DNA of 64,000 nt, from positions 132,053-196,052 of the forward strand of contig JBIKWM010000002.1 in NCBI GenBank assembly GCA_044356305.1, read 5' to 3'. The stretch is from Flavobacteriales bacterium. Its GTDB lineage: Bacteria > Bacteroidota > Bacteroidia > UBA10329. This document shows, in pieces, positions 28,783 through 37,800 of this stretch; position 1 is the first letter of the stretch; each line of letters opens with the position of its first letter. The position numbers and the translations under genes are program-made. Under the pieces are notes generated by a model, which had not been told where the DNA came from, did not search any database, and saw only the letters and a program-made list of their open reading frames with translations.

Positions 28783-29319
28783 ATGAGAACATTCCTTACC
28801 CTTGCCGCCATGACCATAGCGCTTGCCTCCTCCGCCCAGACCAAGTCGTTCTACGATTTCAAGGTGCAGACTTTGGACGGGGCCGAGTTCGATTTCGCTT
28901 CGCTGAAAGGGAAAAAAGTCATGATAGTGAACACCGCCAGCAAGTGCGGCTACACCCCGCAGTACACCAACCTCGAGAAACTTTACAAGGAAAAGGGCGG
29001 AAAGGACTTCGTGATCATCGGTTTCCCGGCCAACAACTTTGCCGGTCAGGAACCGGGCAGCAACAAGGAGATCGCAGATTTCTGCCAGAAGAATTACGGG
29101 GTCACCTTCCCCATGATGGGCAAGGTGAGCGTGAAAGGCAGCGACCAGCACGCGCTTTACCAATGGCTGACACAGAAGGCCCAGAACGGGGTGGGCGATG
29201 CCAAAGTGGGTTGGAACTTCCACAAGTTCCTCATCGATGAGAACGGTAAGTGGGTCAAGTCGCTTTCGTCCAATGTGGACCCCATGAGTGCCGAGGTGCT
29301 CACCTGGCTCGGTAAATGA
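28783..29319 (+). CDS. Glutathione peroxidase (secreted/periplasmic)
   Basis: Signal peptide. VNTASKCGYTPQY, WNFHKFLIDENGKWV: GPx signature motifs. Confidence 0.85.
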   Translation: MRTFLTLAAMTIALASSAQTKSFYDFKVQTLDGAEFDFASLKGKKVMIVNTASKCGYTPQYTNLEKLYKEKGGKDFVIIGFPANNFAGQEPGSNKEIADFCQKNYGVTFPMMGKVSVKGSDQHALYQWLTQKAQNGVGDAKVGWNFHKFLIDENGKWVKSLSSNVDPMSAEVLTWLGK

Positions 29320-29332
29320 GCCTCCCCACAGC

Positions 29333-30049
29333 ATGAAGCTTGATATTCTGGCCTTTGGGGCACACCCCGATGATGTGGAGATATCGTGCAGTGGCACGTT
29401 GCTCAAGCACATCGCATTGGGCCAAACGGTGGGGGTTATAGACCTCACGCAGGGCGAGCTGGGCACCCGTGGCAACGGCACCCTGCGCATGCAGGAAGCT
29501 GACAGGTCGGCCGCCATCCTCGGGCTTTCAGTGAGGCAGAACCTCGGGCTGCGCGATGGTTTTTTCAGGGTCGATGAAGAGTCGCTCCACGCGGTCATCA
29601 GCGCAATACGGCACTTCAGGCCTGACGTAGTTCTGGCCAACGCCACCACCGACCGCCACCCCGACCACGGCCGTGCGAGCCAATTGGTGGCCGAGGCCTG
29701 CTTCCTCTCAGGGCTGCCAAAGGTGCTCACCGAGCGCGGGGGCGCACAACAGGAGGCCTGGCGCCCAAGGTTGGTGCTCCATTACATTCAGGACTACCAC
29801 CAGCGGCCCGATGTGGTGATGGACATCACACCCCATTTTGAGCGGAAACTTGAGGCTCTCAGGGCCTTTTCATCACAGTTCTTCGACCCCGCCAGCACCG
29901 AGCCCGCCACGCCCATCTCAGGCCAGGACTTCTTCGACTTTCTGCGTGGCCGCGCCAAGGAGATGGGCCGACCCATCGGGGCCGCCTATGCCGAGGGCTT
30001 CACTGCTTCGCGCCACCTCGGGGTCGAGCGGTTCGATCACCTGGTCTGA
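29333..30049 (+). CDS. LmbE/PIG-L family N-acetylglucosaminyl deacetylase, BshB1-like
   Basis: MKLDILAFGAHPDDVEISCSGT ... HPDHGRASQL (His/Asp zinc motifs of LmbE-like deacetylases). Confidence 0.65.
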   Translation: MKLDILAFGAHPDDVEISCSGTLLKHIALGQTVGVIDLTQGELGTRGNGTLRMQEADRSAAILGLSVRQNLGLRDGFFRVDEESLHAVISAIRHFRPDVVLANATTDRHPDHGRASQLVAEACFLSGLPKVLTERGGAQQEAWRPRLVLHYIQDYHQRPDVVMDITPHFERKLEALRAFSSQFFDPASTEPATPISGQDFFDFLRGRAKEMGRPIGAAYAEGFTASRHLGVERFDHLV

Positions 30050-30873
30050 ACCGCCCGGGCCGCCTCCGGCACCGCTGACAGCTCGTGCCTCAGTCCTTTG
30101 GCACCCGTCAGCTCGGCCCGTACACGGCCCACACGCAGCGGTGCCTCTATCAGCACCGGCACCCGGTTGTCATCGGCCGTGAACCACACGGTCATCTCGG
30201 CATCCTTGTCAAAAACACTCCCGGCTATCACCTCGGTCACCACGCGGTGGCACCGGTAGCGCGACCTTTTCAGCTTCACCTCCTCTAGCCCCACATAACG
30301 CACCATCAGGTCATACACCTTCTCATCCAGATACACCGACAGGCCCAGCCGCTCACCCTTTGCCAGGCTGTCCATGTCTATGCTGCGGGCGTTGTAGAAC
30401 ATGCTCACCGCATCGTACGTGCAGGCATGTATGGCTATGGTGTCCTTCACGCGCTCCACGCCATCGCGTCTGCGCCACGCCACTGCCCTCAGGGCCCTGT
30501 GGTCAAAGAAGTTGTTGTTGTACACCTTGAAACCCCCATCGTCCGTGTCGCGCAGATACTGCACAGGGCGCAGGTCCACTCTGCGCGCAAGGCTCTCAAA
30601 CCGGTCGCGCACCCTGTACACGATGTCGTAGCGCGGGGTGGTGCGCCCTATGGCCACAAAATGATACAGCGGCTGTCCGTTACGCGTCAGAGTGTCGGCC
30701 GTCAGGCTCACCGCCCCGGCATTGGCCCGTACTATTCCCCATCGGTAGCTTACCCGGTAGTACAGTTCCTCGCCAGCGCTGAACGCGGTCGGAAGCTGCG
30801 CACACACCTGCTGACCCAATGCCCTGACCGAGATGAGGGGCAACAGGGCCAGAAAGAAAAGAAGACGCATCAA
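30037..30873 (-). CDS. DUF3108 domain-containing protein
   Basis: Signal peptide MMRLLFFLALLPLISVRALGQ. YRVSYRWGIVRANAGAVSL... pattern typical of DUF3108. Converges on and overlaps the 3' end of the deacetylase gene. Confidence 0.5.
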   Translation of the reverse strand: MMRLLFFLALLPLISVRALGQQVCAQLPTAFSAGEELYYRVSYRWGIVRANAGAVSLTADTLTRNGQPLYHFVAIGRTTPRYDIVYRVRDRFESLARRVDLRPVQYLRDTDDGGFKVYNNNFFDHRALRAVAWRRRDGVERVKDTIAIHACTYDAVSMFYNARSIDMDSLAKGERLGLSVYLDEKVYDLMVRYVGLEEVKLKRSRYRCHRVVTEVIAGSVFDKDAEMTVWFTADDNRVPVLIEAPLRVGRVRAELTGAKGLRHELSAVPEAARAVQTR

Positions 30874-31763
30874 TGCAGCACAGGCCGCAATGCACGGCCA
30901 TCGGCAAATCGCAGCGAATACACACCCTGCCGAAGTCCACCAAGGTCAATGACATCTGCGCCCCCTTTCAGTTCAAACTGCGCCACGGTGCGCCCATGCA
31001 TGTCTGCAAGAGTGGCCATCCCGGCCGGGGCACCGTGCACATGCAGCACACCGTCAGTCGGGTTGGGGCCCATGCTCAGCGCCTGTGCGGCACGTGCATC
31101 ATCAATGCCCACCTGCAGCACGCAGGTCGACCCCTGCGTGGGCACATAGCTCACATCGCCCAGACCGAAACACACCAGATCATATCCGCACTCCAATATG
31201 GGCGGCACAGGCTCTATCAGACCCCCCGTGAAACCGATCCCCTCATACAGATATCCCGCATAGGACCCCTCTAGCGTAAACCGCCTGCGCATCGTCCCGC
31301 CCACCGAGAAACTGTCCACGGCCGTCACCAGAATATCAGTCCAATTGTTATTGTGGGTCAGTGGCAGATGGTCGCCCACCTGCAGGTCAAAGTCGTAGAG
31401 CAGCGTGTCTACTGTCCCGTTCCAGGTATACAGCCTACGCCCCTCCTGTCTGAGTAGGAAAGACGGCAACGGGTCGCTGAAGGTGAACGAACCGCTGCAC
31501 GATGGCGGCACCGGAGGCCCACCGAAATACTCGTAGGTCCCTATCCCCGAGCGGTACATCTTGTGGTACAGGTGGCCTCCTACAGTGCTGTCGCCTACAG
31601 GCATGTAGTTGTAATCAGAATTCAGGATGCACGGGTATGGCACTGCGCACATCGCACTTATGGTCCACACCGGACTGCCCTCAAAGTAGTCGGGTATCTG
31701 AGCCATGGCATGCGCAGACATGAGCAGCCAGGCCGAAAAGGTGACAAGCTTTTTCATCAGCAT
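30870..31763 (-). CDS. Hypothetical T9SS type-A cargo protein
   Basis: Signal peptide MLMKKLVTFSAWLLMSAHAMAQ. C-terminal MGPNPTDGVLHVHG...GVYSLRFADG sorting domain. Confidence 0.6.
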   Translation of the reverse strand: MLMKKLVTFSAWLLMSAHAMAQIPDYFEGSPVWTISAMCAVPYPCILNSDYNYMPVGDSTVGGHLYHKMYRSGIGTYEYFGGPPVPPSCSGSFTFSDPLPSFLLRQEGRRLYTWNGTVDTLLYDFDLQVGDHLPLTHNNNWTDILVTAVDSFSVGGTMRRRFTLEGSYAGYLYEGIGFTGGLIEPVPPILECGYDLVCFGLGDVSYVPTQGSTCVLQVGIDDARAAQALSMGPNPTDGVLHVHGAPAGMATLADMHGRTVAQFELKGGADVIDLGGLRQGVYSLRFADGRALRPVLH

Positions 31764-31772
31764 CTCAGATCA

Positions 31773-31940
31773 TGAATTGAACACAATGTTAAGGATGAAT
31801 GCCAGCAGCCCACCATAACCTATTACAGCCATGATGAACGACCGTGCAAAACCATGACCCCTGCTGCGCTGCACCAGGGCAGTGAGCAGCGCCAGCATCA
31901 CTACACCCACCGCCATCAGCCACCATTGCCATGCACCCAT
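31773..31940 (-). CDS. Possible small (55 aa) two-helix membrane protein
   Basis: Manual translation MGAWQWWLMAVGVVMLALLTALVQRSRGHGFARSFIMAVIGYGGLLAFILNIVFNS. Below the ORF-track length cutoff. Confidence 0.2.
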
Positions 31941-32206
31941 CCCCGACTGCGCAAATCGTACCCGACAAAACTATGAGGTATATGTTAAGCAGATCTCCCA
32001 CCGCCATTCCTCTAAGCGAACAGCCCATGGAATATCCGCACTGATTCTGAAATGACAGAAGCCGCTGTATCGATTGCCTTTATCCATGACCACCGCACTT
32101 GCGCGGTCTGCATCTCTTATGAAGTCACAGAGACTTCGAGCGTCATGTTCCGCACGGGTTATCCCGTGGAACGCATGAGCGAACGGGGGTTTATTAACCC
32201 ATTGCC

Positions 32207-33388
32207 CTAATTTTTTAGTAACCGGCTCCTTACCACCGAACCATCTCTCAATTTGACCGAAACAACATATACCCCCGAGTACAGGTGCTCAACATGGATT
32301 GTACTCTTCAAACCACTCACCTTCTGAACAGCCACCACTTTGCCCAATTGGTCTTGGATGGTGACATGTTCTATTTCAGAATTTGAGCCTGTAACATTGA
32401 ACTGTACTTGATCATTTGCTGGGTTTGGATAAAGTTCAAGGGTGTATTCCTCCGATTCTCGAATGCCGATGCTATTATCCTCACGCAATTCAACGGCATC
32501 GATGAAGTAAGAACTTGCTTCCCAACTATTGATAAGGGGTGGGTTGGAACTGACACGTTGAAAACTCAGTTCATCCTCTGAGCGGAAAACACCAATGGTC
32601 ATGAACTTCTCGCCACCATGAGCAATAAATTGCCCACTGATCTCAACCCAATTCACCCTGTCCTCCAACAAAAAACTATCCGGGCTCTCCACCTGTGGTT
32701 TGGCCACAATAAAACTATCAATAGGAAGAAAGCGGGTGGTATTCTCAGTAAACAGGGCCCCAATGTTGGCTACAGCGAAATTCACACTATCAGCAAGATT
32801 CACACGGCATTTGAACAGATAACCGTGGCCACTATTTAGGCTTTCAGGCAGTTCCATCCACAGGTATTCTCGGGCATTTGCCCAAAATGGGGTGTAGCAG
32901 GCAAAGTGGCCATAGGCTACCCCATCATATGCATCTTGATAACCATATTGATTGTTTGGCACCCCAAACTTTGGCCAATCCTCGTTGCTGCATGCATTGA
33001 AGTAATCAACTGACCCATAGGCTGAGCCCCAATACTCTGACACAGTTATCCAGCCTGGGCTAGAAGGGCATGCCGGGTCACCGTTTACATCCAATTCTAT
33101 CTCTTCAAAACTATAGTTCGGAATAATATTAGGCCCTAACTGGGCAATTGCGTTTTGTACATTAAACAATGTGACCCAAAGAAAGAAATATGTAGTGGTG
33201 GTTCTCCCCCTTTCGCTCGCGTCTCGCGAGTGAGAATTTCTCTGCCTCTGGCATTCTGAGAAAATTCTTTTCCATTGACGCGCCCGAGCGAGGCTGTGCG
33301 GTGTGCTGGCGCGTAGGGTCTTTCCCTCGCGCCTTTTATTCGGTGGTCTCCAGCCCACCCAGTGGCCAGTGTTCTCATGCCTCATCAT
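32207..33388 (-). CDS. Low-GC T9SS type-A cargo protein; 5' end runs into repeat unit, start codon uncertain (possible pseudogene)
   Basis: C-terminal ELYPNPANDQVQFNV...GVYVVSVKL sorting domain. Signal-peptide-like ...YFFLWVTLFNVQNAIAQ has no in-frame ATG/GTG. The ORF-track N-terminus MMRHENTGH... is repeat-derived. GC ~44% vs ~60% flanks. Confidence 0.55.
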   Translation of the reverse strand: MMRHENTGHWVGWRPPNKRREGKTLRASTPHSLARARQWKRIFSECQRQRNSHSRDASERGRTTTTYFFLWVTLFNVQNAIAQLGPNIIPNYSFEEIELDVNGDPACPSSPGWITVSEYWGSAYGSVDYFNACSNEDWPKFGVPNNQYGYQDAYDGVAYGHFACYTPFWANAREYLWMELPESLNSGHGYLFKCRVNLADSVNFAVANIGALFTENTTRFLPIDSFIVAKPQVESPDSFLLEDRVNWVEISGQFIAHGGEKFMTIGVFRSEDELSFQRVSSNPPLINSWEASSYFIDAVELREDNSIGIRESEEYTLELYPNPANDQVQFNVTGSNSEIEHVTIQDQLGKVVAVQKVSGLKSTIHVEHLYSGVYVVSVKLRDGSVVRSRLLKN

Positions 33389-33470
33389 CAGTTCCGTTCA
33401 CCAAAGGTCAACAATTATCTGAGTCACACACCATTCCGGCTCATCCAGATCCTTCCATTACGACCCCCTC
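33205..33470. repeat. Tandem repeat unit A copy 1 (~265 bp, hairpin-rich)
   Basis: ccccct-ttcgctcgcgtctcgcgagtgagaatttctctgcctctggcattctga...cattacgaccccctcc. ~90% identical to copies 2 and 3. Confidence 0.85.
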
Positions 33471-33736
33471 CCCCCCCTTCGCTCGCGTCTCGCGAGTGAG
33501 AATTTCTCTGCCTCTGGCATTCTGAAAAAATTCTTTTCCATTGGCGCGCCCGAGCGAGGCTGTGCGGTGTGCTGGCGCGTAGGGTCCTTCCCTCGCGCCA
33601 TTTATTCGGTGGGCTCCAGCCCACCCGGTGGCCAGTGTTCTCATGCCTGCTCATCATTCCGATTCACCAAAGGTCAACAATTATCTGATTCACACACCAT
33701 TCCAGCTCATCCAGATCCTTCCATTACGACCCCCTC
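33471..33736. repeat. Tandem repeat unit A copy 2
   Basis: Directly abuts copy 1 head-to-tail. Same internal palindromes (ctcgcgag, gagaatttctc, ggtgggctccagcccacc). Confidence 0.85.
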
Positions 33737-33900
33737 CTCACAAACAGCCAACAGCCATCTGTAAATCTGTACTCATCCATAATCCACATCAGCCTTAACA
33801 CCCGGTACCTTCCACCACACCCCTCCTCGCAAATAGCCATCAATCATTTGTATATCCGTACTCATCTGTAATTCGCATCAGCCCCTAACAGAAAACCCCG

Positions 33901-34167
33901 ACCCCCCCCTTCGCTCGCGTCTCGCGAGTGAGAATTTCTCTGCCTCTGGCATTCTGAAAAAATTCTTTTCCATTGGCGCGCCCGAGCGAGGCTGTGCGAT
34001 GTGCTGGCGCGTAGGGTCCTTCCCTCGCGCCATTTATTCGGTGGGCTCCTGCCCTCCCAGTGACCCGTGTTCTCATGCCTCATCATCAGTTCAATTCACC
34101 AAAGGTCAACAATTATCTGAGTCACACACCATTCCGGCTCATCCAGATCCTTCCATTACGACCCCCT
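33901..34167. repeat. Tandem repeat unit A copy 3
   Basis: Separated from copy 2 by a 164-bp spacer made of sub-repeat B. Confidence 0.85.
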
Positions 34168-34480
34168 CCTCGCAAATAGCCATCAATCATTTGTATATCC
34201 GTACTCATCTGTAATTCGCATCAGCCCCTAACAGAAAACCCCGACCATACCGGCCGGGGCCTTCCCTTTCACTCTCACCCTCACTTTCACTCTCACCCTA
34301 CCAAATGGCCAACAGCCAACGGCTATCAACCATTTGTATATCCGTACTCATCTGTAATTCGCATCAGCCCTAAACAGAAAACCCTCACCACACCGGCCAG
34401 GGCCTTCCCTTTCACTCTCACCCTCACTTTCACTCTAACAAATGGCCAACAGCCAACGGCTATCAACCATCTGTGTCTCC
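34168..34480. repeat. Mosaic of sub-repeats B/C (70-90 bp units)
   Basis: tcgcaaatagccatcaatcatttgtatatccgtactcatctgtaattcgcatcagcccctaacagaaaaccccgacc occurs at 33825 and 34159. ggccttccctttcactctcaccctcactttcactct...aaatggccaacagccaacggctatcaaccat occurs at 34258 and 34401. Confidence 0.8.
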
Positions 34481-34637
34481 GCCAACCCCACAAATCCCTG
34501 CCCCATCACCATAGGGCAACGGGTATTTGACGGGCCTCGGGCCATCAAAACCAGCATTATCCTCCTTTTTGGTAGCCCCTCTTCACAGAAAACTGTCGGA
34601 GGGCACCAGATTGCTGAAAGCCGCGCCATCACTGCTT

Positions 34638-34770
34638 TCGTACGATCCATAATTGCTATCGCACGATCCATAATTGCTGTCGCACGTCTCATAATTGCTG
34701 TCGTACGATCCATGATCGCTGTCGTACGTATCGCACATTGCTGTCGCTTGCTTCCCGAATGCTGTCGTTC
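34638..34770. repeat. Six degenerate 21-bp direct repeats (iteron-like) upstream of the sensor-phosphatase gene
   Basis: cgtacgatccataattgctat / cgcacgatccataattgctgt / cgcacgtctcataattgctgt / cgtacgatccatgatcgctgt / cgtacgtatcgcacattgctgt ... spaced 21 bp, ~70-200 bp upstream of 34839. Confidence 0.7.
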
Positions 34771-34838
34771 TCCGCATCTCCCCTGACACTCTACTCCGCA
34801 CAATCATTGACTCTCGCCCCGGCCCCGGCCTACATCGC

Positions 34839-37800
34839 ATGCAGCGCGTGGCGCAGCCCAAGGAGACCCATAACCTAAAGCGCAGCGGTGCCGTATCAGC
34901 GCGCTGCCCTGACCAGGCCCTCTTCATCCGCGCCTTGCGAAACCTACACGGCATAGCGGCCCTTGTGGCCGCCCTTCTGCTGGCCCCATCGGTCACCGCA
35001 CAGACATACGACATCCGCACCTTCGGCATTGACGAGGGTCTGCCGCAGGCCGAGGTCAACCACATGATCCAAGACAGCCGCGGCCACCTCGTAGTGGCCA
35101 CCAACGGGGGCGGTGCGGCCCTCTTTGACGGGTCAGGGTTTGCCGTGATAGGAATGGCCGAAGGACTGCCTGACGTCAAGGTGACCCACGTGGCCGCAGG
35201 CCCTGACGGCTCCCTTTGGCTTGCACACCCGGGGCACGGCCTGAGCAGGGGTACCGGCCAGGCCCCGCTCAGCTTCAGTGCTCTGGCCGGCCTTCCGAGC
35301 CAACAGGTGAACACCCTACTGGCCGATGGCGACAGCGTGCTCTGGGCCGGAACCTTTGGTGGGCTGTGCGCTGTGCGCGGCAAGGACCTGCGCCTACTGA
35401 CCAAGGCCGATGGTCTTCCGTCTGACGACATACGCGCCATATGCCGCGACCGGGCGGGTGCGCTCTGGGTGGGCACTTACGGGGGCGGTGTGGCCCGCCT
35501 CGACAACGGCACGTTCGTGCCCTTCGGCATCGAGGCCGGACTCACTGACGGCTTCATCTCCGATCTGTTCCTGGCCCGTGACGGCCGCATGCTGGTGGCC
35601 ACTGCCTCGGGCGTGCTGGTGTGGGACGGCCAATCGTTCGCACCCCTGCGCAATGCAGGGGCCGTGCGTGTCAATGCCATGGCCGAGGATGCACAGGGCA
35701 ACATCTGGCTCGCCACCCCCGAAGGGGCCCTCATGGTGGGCGACCTGGGCCGCGAACTGCTCTCTGACCGCAACGGACTGCCCCACCCCGAGGTGCTCAG
35801 CATCTGTATAGACCGCGAACAGAACATCTGGTTCGGCACGCGCAAGGGCCTGGCCCGGCTCGCACACAGGGCCATGGCCCACTTTGCCCCGCAGGGCCGC
35901 CCCGCCCTCGAGCCGAGCGCCTTTGGCCGGTTGCCCGATGGCACGCTGGTGCTCACCGACCGCACTGGCGGGGCGCTGCGTATTGACGGCAATGCATTTA
36001 TTCCCATTGTCAACGATGCCGATGTGGCCAGCCACCCGTTCAGCAGCCTCGCCACCGGGGCCGATGGCAGGCTATGGCTGGGCACCTCCGATTTCGGTGG
36101 TCTCTTCAGCATCAGCGATGGCAAGGTGAGCATCTATTCTGATGAGCCCGGGCTGATGGACAACAGCATCTCGGCCCTGGTCACTGGGGCCGACAGCCGC
36201 CTCATCATCGGTACCCCGGGCGGACTGAGCTATTTCGATGGCGACCGGTTTGTGCCCGGCCCGTCCGATCTGGGCCACATCACCGCCCTCACTCCCACCG
36301 TGGGGTCCGATGTGCTTGTAGGGACACTTTCGGGGGCCGTTCTGCACCTGCATGCCGACCGCGCAGACACGGTACACAGCGCCAAGGTGCCCATCACGGC
36401 CCTGGTGGCCATGCCCGATGGGCGCAAGGCCATAGGCACCGATGGCGAGGGCGTGGTGGTAATTGGCAAAGAGAGCCGTTTCGCAGTGACCGAGGCCGAT
36501 GGCCTCACCTCGCGGTTTGTGCGCAGCCTTGTGTGGGACGGCCGCCACCTGTGGGCAGGCACGGCCAAAGGCGTGTCGCGGCTTCTCCTCGGTGCCGATT
36601 CGGCCCAAGTGCTCGCCATCACCCAGGCGCACGGATTCAGCGGCAGCGAGTGTCTGCCGGGCGCACTGATGACCGATGGCGATATGCTGTGGGTGGGCAC
36701 CATCAAGGGCGTCACACGCATCAACAAATCGCTGGTCGGGCGCGATACCGTCCAGCCTGTGGTGTTCCTCACATCGGTTCAGCTATTGCTGCAGGAGGTG
36801 AACAGCGGGGCCGGCACCTCCGCCCTACCCCACAGCCTCGACCTCGGCCACGATGACAACCACCTGCGATTCAGTTTCAAGGCCATCTCCCTTACCAATC
36901 CGGAGCTTATCACCTATCGTTGGCGACTGGTGGGGTATGATGTCGAATGGAACGAGGGCAGCAGCGGGGTGGCCAATTATCCGAACCTGCCTCACGGAGA
37001 GTATGTGTTTGAAGTGGTGGCCTGCAACAGCGATGGCGTGTGTACCGAGGCTCCGGTGCAATTCAGCTTCCGCATCCGCCCTCCCTTCTGGAAAACGGTC
37101 TGGTTCTATGTCGTTGTGGCCTTTGCCGTCATGACCACCGTGGTGCTGTGGGTGCGCTGGCGCGAGCGCAGGCTGCTGGCCCTCAACCGCGAACTGGAGG
37201 ATAAGGTGGACCTGCGCACCCGCGAGCTGAAGGAACAGCGCGACCTGGTGGAGGAGAAGAACAGGCACATCACCGAAGGGATAGAGTATGCCCGCAACAT
37301 CCAGATGGCCATTCTGCCCTCGGCTTCCGAGCTCGATAGGGCGTTCAGTGAACATTTCGTGATCTACATGCCCAAAGACACCGTGGGGGGCGACTTCTAT
37401 TGGGCCTATACCAGCGGCACGGTCACATGGGCCGTGGCAGCCGACTGCACCGGACATGGTGTGGCAGGGGCATTCATGAGCATGATAGGCAGCGACCTGC
37501 TCAACCAGCTCATCATTGAGCAGGGGGCCACATCGCCTGCTGCGGTGCTGCGAGAGCTCGACCGCGGCATCAAACTGGCCTTTGCCCAGAGCGCCAAGGA
37601 GTTTGAGAACGATCAGGGCATGGACGTGGCCATGGTGCGCCTTGACCGCGCCTCCCGACACATCACATTTGCAGGGGCCATGCGGCCATTGCTGGTGGTG
37701 GGCCAAGAGGTGAACGAGACCGAGGGCGACCGGCACACCATCTCCAGTGCCGAACATGGGCCGGTCGCCTTCACCGACCGCTCCATCACTCTGGCCGAAG

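Noticed and set aside
33301-34214. Repeated ORFs MCWRVGSFPRA... (plus) and MMRHENTGH... (minus) inside the 265-bp units
   Set aside because: Arginine/Ser-rich, not protein-like. Indels between copies break the frame. Treated as non-coding repeat.
33205-34480. CRISPR array / integron attC array / DGR template-variable repeat pair
   Set aside because: Units are ~265 bp and abut without unique spacers, so this is not a CRISPR array. No cassettes lie between units and there is no IntI, so this is not an integron. Copy differences are not adenine-specific and no reverse transcriptase is nearby, so this is not a DGR.
34435-34803. 122-aa minus-strand ORF (TAIMDRTTAIMRRATAIM...) and 114-aa plus ORF 34442..34786
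   Set aside because: The periodic amino-acid repeats are simply translation of the 21-bp DNA direct repeats.
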